DNA of 48,377 nucleotides, from NCBI GenBank assembly GCA_913043225.1, contig CAJWLU010000025.1:1-48377 (forward strand), in the 5' to 3' direction. A program made the position numbers and the translations under genes. Source of the DNA: an uncultured Acidobacteriota bacterium (GTDB taxonomy: Bacteria > Acidobacteriota > Vicinamibacteria > Vicinamibacterales > UBA8438). Positions within the stretch are counted from its first letter, which is position 1; each line of letters begins with the position of its first letter. This document shows, one piece after another, positions 9,841-17,972 of this stretch. The notes below the pieces were generated by a model. It saw only the letters and a list, made by a program, of their open reading frames with translations, was not told the DNA's origin and searched no databases.

Positions 9841-10041
9841 GTGCCCGCGCTCTCCTATCGTGCCGCAGTCACAGGGTGCGGCCGCATTGGCACCGCGCAC
9901 GCCTTGCGCCAACTCAACCAAGGAAGCGTCCAGCAGGCGGCGCTTGCCGATGCGTTAGACTACGCCACCGAGGACTTGACTGCGTCGATCGAGGAGAGGC
10001 GAAAGTTCCAGCGCCGGGTTGAGCCCTTCGGCGAGCTATGA
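9841..10041 (+). pseudogene. Chimeric gene remnant: Gfo/Idh/MocA-like N-terminus joined to an unrelated C-terminus
   Basis: YRAAVTGCGRIG resembles the start of the 2230 oxidoreductase. The rest (ERRKFQRRVEPFGEL*) ends in an ATGA overlap with the next gene. Only 66 aa. Confidence 0.45.
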
Positions 10042-11456
10042 CCAAGCCGACCGTCACCGTCTACGTCGTGTCCCATAACTACGGGCACTACCTGACCCAG
10101 GCCGTCGAGAGTGTGTTCACTCAGACTTGGGACGACTGGGAATTGATCATCGTCGACGACGGTTCGTCGGACGATTCGGCCGCGATCGCAGAATCCCTGA
10201 GAGCGCGCGATCCGGGCCGCATTCGCGTCGTGCTTCATCCTGAACCCAAAGGACTTCAGTCCAGCGCCAACGAGGCCCTGGAGTTGGCACGCGGCAAGTA
10301 CTTCATGCGCCTGGACGCTGACGACTATCTGGACGACAACGCGTTGCTGGTCATGGCCCATCATCTCGAAGCTCATCCGGAGGACGCGTTGGTCTACCCC
10401 TCCTACGTTTACGTGGATGAGCAGGGCAATCACTTAGGCGTCGAGCACCGTATGCGCATCGGGGTGGACACCCTCGTGCTGGACCAACCTGCCCACGGCG
10501 CTTGTACGATGGTCCGCAAGCGTGTGCTGAAGGCGATCGGTGGCTACGACGAAGCCCACGACCGCCAAGACGGCCACGAGCTCTGGATTAAGGTGGTCAA
10601 TCGGTACAAGGTCGCCCAGATCAGCACGCCGTTGTTCTACTATCGACAGCACGCTAGGTCGCTCAGCTCTGACAGGACTGAACTGCTCGAGGCACGGGCG
10701 CGCATCAAGCGGGCGCTAGTAGAGCGGACGGAGGGTTCGGTGACACCAAGGGCTGTCGCGGTGATCGGTACCAAGAATACCTACGAGGACATGCCCAACG
10801 TCGTGCTCAACCCCCTTGCGGGGAGGCCGCTCATTGACTACACCTTGGACGCGGCACTGGCGGTCCAGACGCTCGATCGAATTGTGGTTTCAACGGACGA
10901 CGAGGCCGTGATCCGCTATTGCGAGGAGCACTATCCCACGGTCGAGGCGCGTCTCCGCCCCTCGGAGTTGTCCGCGCTGACCGTGCGCGAAGAGGCGATC
11001 ATTCTTGATGCCATCGGCACGCTCGAGGATGAAGGCTACGCGTCGGATATCGTGGTGTCACTTGGCGTCCACAATCCGCTGAGGACACCGTCCGAGGTGC
11101 AGAAGGCTGTGGACACCCTGCTTCTCTACGACGTTGACCTCGTGCTCAGCGTGCACGAGAACCATCACCTCTACTACGTCCACGGCGAGCGTGGATTGGA
11201 GCCGCTCAACCCCGCGATGCATCGCCGCGTGCGCGTCGAGCGCGAAGGGCTGTTTGAAGGCAACGGCGCCGTTCGAGTGTACTGGCGCGATACCCTGGAC
11301 GAGCCGGAGGCGTACTGCCCCAAGGTGGGGCACATCGTGGTCCCACCGAGCGATGGTTTTCAGATCAAGTCTCCGCACGACGCATGGTTAGCCGAGCAAC
11401 TGCTGTATGCGCGGAATGAGGGGCGCTCGTTGCGCCCTGAGTCTTGGCAAAACTAG
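10038..11456 (+). CDS. Family 2 glycosyltransferase fused to an acylneuraminate cytidylyltransferase-like domain
   Basis: GT2: HNYGHYL..AVESV, VDDGSSD, RLDADD, GGYDE, QDGHELW. C-terminal domain: PLAGRPLIDYT, IVVSTDD, RPSELS, NPLR, NGAV. Confidence 0.88.
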   Translation: MTKPTVTVYVVSHNYGHYLTQAVESVFTQTWDDWELIIVDDGSSDDSAAIAESLRARDPGRIRVVLHPEPKGLQSSANEALELARGKYFMRLDADDYLDDNALLVMAHHLEAHPEDALVYPSYVYVDEQGNHLGVEHRMRIGVDTLVLDQPAHGACTMVRKRVLKAIGGYDEAHDRQDGHELWIKVVNRYKVAQISTPLFYYRQHARSLSSDRTELLEARARIKRALVERTEGSVTPRAVAVIGTKNTYEDMPNVVLNPLAGRPLIDYTLDAALAVQTLDRIVVSTDDEAVIRYCEEHYPTVEARLRPSELSALTVREEAIILDAIGTLEDEGYASDIVVSLGVHNPLRTPSEVQKAVDTLLLYDVDLVLSVHENHHLYYVHGERGLEPLNPAMHRRVRVEREGLFEGNGAVRVYWRDTLDEPEAYCPKVGHIVVPPSDGFQIKSPHDAWLAEQLLYARNEGRSLRPESWQN

Positions 11457-11519
11457 TTGCCCGCCGTGCCGGTCCGTAGGCACACGGCTGGATTACGCTC
11501 CCTGCTTCGGAGACTGGCC

Positions 11520-11664
11520 CGGGGAGGTGGTCGCCGAGCTTACTCTGCCCGCCAATCCCACCGGCGGGCCGATGTCCTACATGCTGGACGGTAAGCAGTA
11601 CATCGTCGCGGCGGCCGCCACACCGGAGACTCCTGCGGAACTGGTCGCGTTGGCACTGCCGTGA
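11520..11664 (+). pseudogene. C-terminal remnant of a PQQ-dependent (quinoprotein) dehydrogenase
   Basis: GEVVAELTLPANPTGGPMSYMLDGKQYIVAA...ELVALALP* is the typical last beta-propeller blade; there is no upstream coding region. Confidence 0.8.
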
Positions 11665-11745
11665 GCGGATGAATCGGCGGGAACCGAAACGTCCGATCTT
11701 GCGTCAGCCTGTCTCGGCGCGAACCCGGGAACAAAAAACGGAGGG

Positions 11746-12081
11746 TCAGTCGGGCGCCGTGTCGCCGTCCTCGAGCACGACCGCCGTGCCATAGGCGAGC
11801 AGCTCGGCGGTGGAGGCCATGATCATCGAGGTCGAGAACCGGGTCGAGATGACACCGTTGGCACCCAACCCCTTGGCCTCCTCTATCATCCGGTCGAGCG
11901 CCTGTTCGCGCGACTCCGCCAGTAGCTTCGTGTATTCCGCCAACTCGCCGCCTACGAGGTTGCGGAGAGCGGCCATGATGTCCTTGCCGACGTGGCGCGC
12001 TCTGATCGTGTTGCCGCGAACCAGACCCAGGGTGCGAACCACGCGCTTTCCGCCGACTCGATCCGTTGTGACCACGATCAT
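11746..12081 (-). CDS. ybjQ: YbjQ/UPF0145 family protein
   Basis: MIVVTT...LGLVRGNTIRARHVGKDI.A.LRNLVGGEL.EYT.LL.ESRE.A..RM...A..LGANGV...RF...ELLAYGTAV; ATG 12081 overlaps the anti-sigma stop. Confidence 0.93.
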   Translation of the reverse strand: MIVVTTDRVGGKRVVRTLGLVRGNTIRARHVGKDIMAALRNLVGGELAEYTKLLAESREQALDRMIEEAKGLGANGVISTRFSTSMIMASTAELLAYGTAVVLEDGDTAPD

Positions 12082-12524
12082 TTGTGCACCTCTTGATAGC
12101 GGTCGCTCTTGCTGGCCTTCAGCCGGTCGAGCAGCACGCTCAGAAACAGTAGTGACAGGCCGGACACGCCGGCCACCAGGATTAATCGTTCGAGCAGGTC
12201 GTCGGCGTCCCGCCAGGCCTCCAGGAGTCCGACGCCGGCTACGAGAATAGCCCATGCCGCGAGCACGGGCCATCCCAGCCGGCGTGCCGTTCTGGAGGCA
12301 GTGCTCCGCGGCGCTTCAGCAGGCCACTCGTGGTCGGCCGGCGTGGCGAACGCGGACGAGATGGTTACCTTGCGCACCGAGGTGATCTCGTCGACAAGCG
12401 CGCGACACGACGCACAATCCTCCAAATGTATCTGCACGCGTTGCGCGTCGCCCTGCACTAGGGCGCCGTCGACGTATCCGGAGATCAGGGCCTCGTCGAA
12501 CGTCCGTCCACAGGGTTCAGACAT
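12078..12524 (-). CDS. Zinc-finger (zf-HC2/ZAS) anti-sigma factor with two TM helices
   Basis: LISGYVDGAL...HLEDCASC (Hx3Cx2C) followed by two hydrophobic segments; overlaps the sigma gene end. Confidence 0.88.
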   Translation of the reverse strand: MSEPCGRTFDEALISGYVDGALVQGDAQRVQIHLEDCASCRALVDEITSVRKVTISSAFATPADHEWPAEAPRSTASRTARRLGWPVLAAWAILVAGVGLLEAWRDADDLLERLILVAGVSGLSLLFLSVLLDRLKASKSDRYQEVHK

Positions 12525-13119
12525 CACGCCCTCCTTCTTTGAGTTTGGCCTTGAGTTGTTTTCGGGCTCCATGGAGCCGAGACATCACGGTGCCAATAGG
12601 AATCTTCAGCACGTCGGCGATGTCGTTGTATGACAGGTCGTGGAAGTCGCGGAGCACAATGATCTCCCGCTTCGTCTCAGACAGGGTGGCGACCGCCCGC
12701 CACACGCTCTTGCGCAGCTGCTGGCGCCGAAGGTCGGCCTCGGGGTTGGCCGAGTGGTCGACGAGCTGACCCGCGAGCGCTTCTCCGTCTACGAGGCCGT
12801 CACCCGGGCGTCGCTGGCGGCGGCGCCAAAGGTCGCGAACCTGGTTCCGGACGATGGTGAACAGCCAGGGCTGGACCCGGTGCTCTCGGTCGAAGCTGTC
12901 GAGCGTGGTGAAGAAGCGGAGCATCGCGTCCTGGGCCACGTCCATCGCGTCATCCCGGTTCCCGAGCATCTGCAACGCTAGTAGGAAGGCGCCCTGACGG
13001 TGCCGGCGCGCCAACGCGTCCTGGGCATCCCGCTGGCCAGCGTGCGCCTGGTCGATGAGCTCCCGGTCGGTCGCCTCATCGTCCCGGGCAACCGCCGATG
13101 TCATACGACCCTCGTCCAT
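12517..13119 (-). CDS. ECF (sigma-70 group 4) RNA polymerase sigma factor
   Basis: DAMDVAQDAML, WLFTIVRN, REIIVLRDFHDLSYNDIADVLKIPIGTVMSRLHGARK. Alternative start ATG 13104. Confidence 0.95.
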   Translation of the reverse strand: MDEGRMTSAVARDDEATDRELIDQAHAGQRDAQDALARRHRQGAFLLALQMLGNRDDAMDVAQDAMLRFFTTLDSFDREHRVQPWLFTIVRNQVRDLWRRRQRRPGDGLVDGEALAGQLVDHSANPEADLRRQQLRKSVWRAVATLSETKREIIVLRDFHDLSYNDIADVLKIPIGTVMSRLHGARKQLKAKLKEGGRDV

Positions 13120-13126
13120 GATTTCA

Positions 13127-13152
13127 GATACGCCGGTCGTTCGGGTTTATTC
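13127..13152 (-). promoter_or_regulatory. Putative autoregulated ECF promoter
   Basis: Minus strand reads GAAT-N16-CGTATC, ending 7 nt before ATG 13119. ECF -10 elements typically contain CGT. Confidence 0.45.
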
Positions 13153-13332
13153 GCCCGACGACGACAGCGGGCCGATCAAGCGCTGGGGACCCTGGAAGCC
13201 CCGAACAACACTGGAAGGAACTTGCCTGCACTGATTTGCATACCTACCAGCGCCCTATTTGTCTCAGGATTGCACGGTAATTGTCTTCAGGGACTATCGG
13301 GTCCTTCGGGCATCTCCCGATACAACCGGGTG

Positions 13333-13569
13333 ATGCTCTGGTTCTTCAACCGTACCGCCGGTCCGCCCAGGTTCATCGGCATTCACTGCGACAAGCGCCC
13401 CGACGACTACAAGCTGGTGGTGCTGTATCCAGATGGGTCGGAGGAAGCGGAGCGCTTCGAGGACCCTACCGAGCTGATCGACGCGGCCAAAAAGCTCGGC
13501 AAGGATCTGAGCAGCCTCGGGTGGGAAGCCTGTCCCACCGCCACCGCGGTCACGAGACGCGAGAGCTGA
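13333..13569 (+). CDS. Small hypothetical protein (78 aa)
   Basis: MLWFFNR...YKLVVLYPDGSEEAERFED...LGW; strong GC3 bias; resembles small proteins I recall from Vicinamibacteria (not verified). Confidence 0.7.
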   Translation: MLWFFNRTAGPPRFIGIHCDKRPDDYKLVVLYPDGSEEAERFEDPTELIDAAKKLGKDLSSLGWEACPTATAVTRRES

Positions 13570-13680
13570 GCCAGCGCGGTTCTGCGCCGACGTCACACCT
13601 TCTGGGCAGCGGACCACTCATTGCGGATGTTGGATTGTCTAGGTAGACCTGATTTTTCTGCTGCCTGGGGTCTTCCGAGG

Positions 13681-15303
13681 TTATCCGCCCGGTTCGGGCG
13701 GACACACCCAGTGGGTGTCGGTGACCTGTTCTCCGCCGTCGCACGGTTCGCGCAGGATCCAGACCGCCTCGTCTCGGTTGCGTTGCACCAGCCACTCGTA
13801 CTCCTGGATGAACCAGCGCCGGGGCGATGAGAGGATAACCCGTTCGTCGGCGAAGAACATGGTGCTGTACACGTCCCAGAAATCATAGGCGTGCCCATAG
13901 CGGATGTCACGCTCCGTAAGATAGTCGGCCAGGACGCGACGGTTGTTCGAGGGTGGGGACTCGACGAACTCCGCCAGCAGCCGGGTGTGCCCGCCGAGGG
14001 TTACGACTGCCCACAGAGCCACGACTCCGGTCGTGATGCGCCTGATGTGGCGGTTGGGTTCGACCGCGACGTGATACGCCAGGATACCGATGACTCCCAG
14101 CACCGTCATTAGGGTGTAACGCATCGTCCCTGCGGCCACCAGACCGCACTGCGAGACGACATACACCACGCTCGATTGGAGCCCGATAAAGATCAGATAG
14201 GTCGCAAACTGCAGCTGGGGATGCCACGGCCGGGTAGGGCCGGTCACCGCCGTCCAGCCGATACGCCCGGCGGCCAGCAGTACGGTTGCGCCCAGCAGCC
14301 ACCAGAGTCCGTCTACCCCCTGGGTGCCGAGGCTGGGGATGGCCAGGTCGGCCAGCGGCTCACGATGTCCCCCGAACATCGTGGACAGGAACGGGCCCGA
14401 GAACTTGACCAGGCTCGCCGGGAGCGAGACGGGATCGAAACAGAACCGGTCCAGGAGGAGGCTGACGTTCAGTGACGCGCTGTCGGAGGTCGTCACCGGG
14501 AGGCCCGCATAGTTCCCAGAAGTGGCCGGTCCCCAGGCGGTGCCCGCGTATTCCCGCGCCAGGCCCACGACGTGCCAGACAGCGGCGAAGGACACTGCGG
14601 CTTGGAGTTTTCGCTTGAGGCCGTCGGTGGTCAGCAGCGACCGGTCGAGGAGTTCAACTAGTAGCAGCGCCCCGACAGCGTACACGGTGAAGACTCGCTG
14701 CAGAAAGCCGAGCGCGAAGATGACGCCGAAGGTGAGTGGGCTGCGGCGCGTGAGCCAGAGTAGCAAAGCGATGAACAACGGCTCTACCTGCCCGCCGCTC
14801 GCCTCCAAAAAGTAGACCGTGGTGCCGGGAGGCGCCAGCACAAATGGGCTTGCCACCACAAGTGCCACGAGCGGACGCAGCGTCAGCTCCCGCTCGAGGA
14901 TCCGGACCAGAAGTGCCGCCATCACCACATTGATGACGAGCAGCGGGAACTTCAGCGCGAAGATCGAGGTTCCGAACAACCAGAAGAGGGGTGCGGCGAG
15001 CCACGCCTCGATGGCCAGTTGATAGTCCTGCCCGTAGGTAAAGACCGGCAGGGCCCGGCCTTCTCCGAGATGCTTGGCCATGAGGCCGACGATCGCCTGG
15101 TCGGAATCGAAAACGGCGTCGAAGAACACGAAGATCGAGCTGCGTAGCAGCACAAGCGAGACGGCCAGGGTCATGGCCAGCCGCCGCTCGCGAGGCCGGG
15201 GGAGGGTGCGCCACCACTCCCGGAGCCGCTGTAGACTCCCGAGCTGGCGAGGAGTATCCTCCGGGCGCGTCGGTTCGTCCCGGAGCGCGTCGTCGGCGTG
15301 CAT
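13681..15303 (-). CDS. Polytopic membrane protein, GT-C fold (ArnT/PMT-like) glycosyltransferase candidate
   Basis: FDSDQAIVGLMAKH...YGQDY after TM1 (acidic-pair loop), many TM segments, RY motif. Start ATG 15303. Confidence 0.65.
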   Translation of the reverse strand: MHADDALRDEPTRPEDTPRQLGSLQRLREWWRTLPRPRERRLAMTLAVSLVLLRSSIFVFFDAVFDSDQAIVGLMAKHLGEGRALPVFTYGQDYQLAIEAWLAAPLFWLFGTSIFALKFPLLVINVVMAALLVRILERELTLRPLVALVVASPFVLAPPGTTVYFLEASGGQVEPLFIALLLWLTRRSPLTFGVIFALGFLQRVFTVYAVGALLLVELLDRSLLTTDGLKRKLQAAVSFAAVWHVVGLAREYAGTAWGPATSGNYAGLPVTTSDSASLNVSLLLDRFCFDPVSLPASLVKFSGPFLSTMFGGHREPLADLAIPSLGTQGVDGLWWLLGATVLLAAGRIGWTAVTGPTRPWHPQLQFATYLIFIGLQSSVVYVVSQCGLVAAGTMRYTLMTVLGVIGILAYHVAVEPNRHIRRITTGVVALWAVVTLGGHTRLLAEFVESPPSNNRRVLADYLTERDIRYGHAYDFWDVYSTMFFADERVILSSPRRWFIQEYEWLVQRNRDEAVWILREPCDGGEQVTDTHWVCPPEPGG

Positions 15304-15356
15304 CCGGGCGATGCTACCGCATCCTCTGGTGTCACGTGCGGACGTGGCTGATCTCG

Positions 15357-17972
15357 ATGCAGGAACGCACAGAACTCCTGGTGGTCGCGCTCGTGACAGC
15401 GGCGACGTTCGTCGCCCTTGCGGCGCCGGATCTGGGGATAGGTCTCGCCAGCGACCTGCCCTTCTCACCCGGTGACCCGGCTGCCGAGCAGCTCTCCAGG
15501 CCGGTGCTGGGTGCGCCGGATGGAGCCGGCTGGCTGGGTACGACCCTACTGTCGCGCCTGGCGCTCGTGGTGCCGGCCGGGACCGAGGCCCAGCGCCTGG
15601 GGGCGCTTGCGCTGCTGGCCGGGGTGCTGGGAGTGGCGTTGACCTTCCTGCTCTTCCGTCGCTTGGGACTCGCGCACGTGACCGCCGCCGCGGCGGCACT
15701 GGTGGCGGCGACCGGTGGTACCACTCTGTCGCTCGTGACGACCGGTAGTGTCGATGCGCTGCTTCTCCCCTGTCTGCCAGGCCTGCTCCTGCTCGGCACT
15801 GTCATGCCACCCACGCGGAGGTGGGCGGCGCTGGCGGCGCCGGCCGCCGTCGCCGCGCTGACCGTCGGCAGCTATCCGGCGCTGGCTCCCGTGGCGGGAT
15901 GCGCGGCATTTTCGCTATGGCGTCTGGAGGGTGCCGCCCGCCGGCCGGCGTGGGCGGTACTGGCCGGTGCCGGATTGGGCTTGCTTCATCGGTTCGTCGC
16001 CGCCGGGCTGTCGGTACCGGAGGGAGGCACCCTTCCGGTCTTCGGGGTCGCCCGCGGCATGCCGGCGGTCGAGGCCCTCGCCGCCGTGGTGGCCGGGGAA
16101 TTCGGCTTCCTGGGAGCATTGCTGCTGCTGATCGGAGTTGGGGCCCTCTGGAAGGGAGACCGGCGCCCGTTGGCCGTGCTTTGGGTGCTTGCGGCGCTGA
16201 TGCCGGTGCTCTGGGTGTCAGCCGTCCCGGCGGAGGCGGAACGCGTGCGAGCTCTGATGTCCTGGCTGGTGGTCGGGGTCGGCCTCGACTGGCTCTGGCG
16301 GACGAGCGCCAGCGCGGGCGGACGTGCCGGGGTGGTCGCCCTTGGCCTGGGGCTGGCCGGAACCGGTCTGGCGGACCACCTGGCGGGCAGCACCTGGGAG
16401 CGACGTCTCGCCACGCCGGACGTGTCCGAGCGTCTTCGGCGAACGCTGTCGACCGAGGCGGGGCTCGTGGCGGAGCGTCCGTTGCTCGATCGGGCGCTGG
16501 CGCTGGGCGGCCTGGCGCGGCGTCGACTGGCGCTCGATCCTCCCGCGCTTCGGGCGCGGCTCGAGCGCGTCCAGCCGACCTATGCGTTGTCGGAGGCGCG
16601 CGCGACCCTGGCCGCTCGTGGTCTGCAGTTCGAGTCTATCGACCCGCTCCCACAGACTACGTCGTTCGAGCGGGTGCTGCGGGCGCTGCCTCGTCGTACG
16701 GTCGTGGCGGTTGCGTTGGGACCGGACTCGGGCGTGAGCGGGGCCGCGCTACGGACCCTTGGCGTGGGATCGGCCGCGCCCGGGACACCCTTTCGGGTCG
16801 TGGTTGGAGTGGCCGGGCTTGCCGGTGAGGCGGTGCGCGTGGGGGGCGAGGGCGAGGTCACCGTGACGGTTGACGTTGGCCAGGATGTCGGAACCTTTCC
16901 GGTCCGGGCGGCAGCTGGGCTAGCCGCCTCGAGTGGGCCTGATGGGGTCGAGGTCTCAGTCAATGGCGAGGTCATGGCGGCGACTGGCTCCGGTCTGGCC
17001 TTGGTCGCCGTGGCGCCTGATGGCGCGGTGCGATATCGCTTTGGCGGTGCCCCCGACCACGTTGTTGTCCCGCCGGTGTCAGCGATCGCCGGACTGGGGC
17101 GACTCGTCGGCGCCGAGGCGTGCGTCCCGCTTCCTTCTGGCGACTGGGTTGACATCTCGTCGGCGGCTCGGTCCGGTGCAGTCGGTATGTTGTTGCCGTC
17201 CCCCGGGACCGGAGCCCTCACGCTGTATGTCACCACGCGGAGTCGGGTGTCTGGTGGAGCCACGCGGCGAGTGTCGGACGCGGTCTATCGACCTGAAGAT
17301 GAGGGGGATCGCCGCCAGCTTGATCCGCTGCTTGGCCGGGATGCCCCCCCTTTTGTCGACGACCTGCTCGCGGCGCCGTTCGTGCGGCGCGTGGTAGCCG
17401 ACACAGTCGGTCCCCACGTGTTGACGCTTGGCGAGGTTCCGGGTTACGCGGTCGCCCATTGGGGCGGAGGCGTCCCCGGCGAGAGCCTAGAGATCTGCGG
17501 TGCTCTCTGGGGGCCACGGCGGCTGGATCGGGGTGATACTGGGTCTTGGTCGGTGCCACTGGAGGAGGTGGCAACCCGAGGGTGGGGGTGGCATGACCTC
17601 GAGCGCGACGGCGCCGGTCCGTTTCGCTGGACCCGCGGCACCGAAGCCGGAGTCCTCGTCCAGCTGGTGAGCCCCAGCCCGCTGACGGTGGAGCTGCGGG
17701 CGACCGCTGCGGTCACTAATCTGACAGGGAAGTCGGTCACGGTCGAGCTGTCCGTCAATGGTGTCCCCGTCGGGGAGTATGGGATGGAAGGTGGTGAGGG
17801 CGTCTATCGCTGGGAGGTGCCGATTACGCGTTGGCGGGTCGGTATGAACCACTTGACTTGGCAACTCTCCGCCGCGGCCAGGCCGGCCGCACTGGGTGTC
17901 AGCGATGATCAGCGGGATCTGGGCATCTCGGTACGGGCACTGCGGCTGACGCCGCAAGGTGGGAGCCGATGA
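15357..17972 (+). CDS. Large membrane protein: DUF2723/GT-C-like N-terminal TM region with extracytoplasmic beta-domains
   Basis: Many N-terminal TM segments, then a soluble region ending GWHDLERDGAGPFRWT...DQRDLGISVRAL; ATGA overlap with the next gene. Confidence 0.6.
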   Translation: MQERTELLVVALVTAATFVALAAPDLGIGLASDLPFSPGDPAAEQLSRPVLGAPDGAGWLGTTLLSRLALVVPAGTEAQRLGALALLAGVLGVALTFLLFRRLGLAHVTAAAAALVAATGGTTLSLVTTGSVDALLLPCLPGLLLLGTVMPPTRRWAALAAPAAVAALTVGSYPALAPVAGCAAFSLWRLEGAARRPAWAVLAGAGLGLLHRFVAAGLSVPEGGTLPVFGVARGMPAVEALAAVVAGEFGFLGALLLLIGVGALWKGDRRPLAVLWVLAALMPVLWVSAVPAEAERVRALMSWLVVGVGLDWLWRTSASAGGRAGVVALGLGLAGTGLADHLAGSTWERRLATPDVSERLRRTLSTEAGLVAERPLLDRALALGGLARRRLALDPPALRARLERVQPTYALSEARATLAARGLQFESIDPLPQTTSFERVLRALPRRTVVAVALGPDSGVSGAALRTLGVGSAAPGTPFRVVVGVAGLAGEAVRVGGEGEVTVTVDVGQDVGTFPVRAAAGLAASSGPDGVEVSVNGEVMAATGSGLALVAVAPDGAVRYRFGGAPDHVVVPPVSAIAGLGRLVGAEACVPLPSGDWVDISSAARSGAVGMLLPSPGTGALTLYVTTRSRVSGGATRRVSDAVYRPEDEGDRRQLDPLLGRDAPPFVDDLLAAPFVRRVVADTVGPHVLTLGEVPGYAVAHWGGGVPGESLEICGALWGPRRLDRGDTGSWSVPLEEVATRGWGWHDLERDGAGPFRWTRGTEAGVLVQLVSPSPLTVELRATAAVTNLTGKSVTVELSVNGVPVGEYGMEGGEGVYRWEVPITRWRVGMNHLTWQLSAAARPAALGVSDDQRDLGISVRALRLTPQGGSR

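Noticed and set aside
13205..13290. Sigma-54 promoter upstream of the small ORF
   Set aside because: GG...GC spacing in TGGAAGGAACTTGC is one base short, and the other candidates lack the GG.
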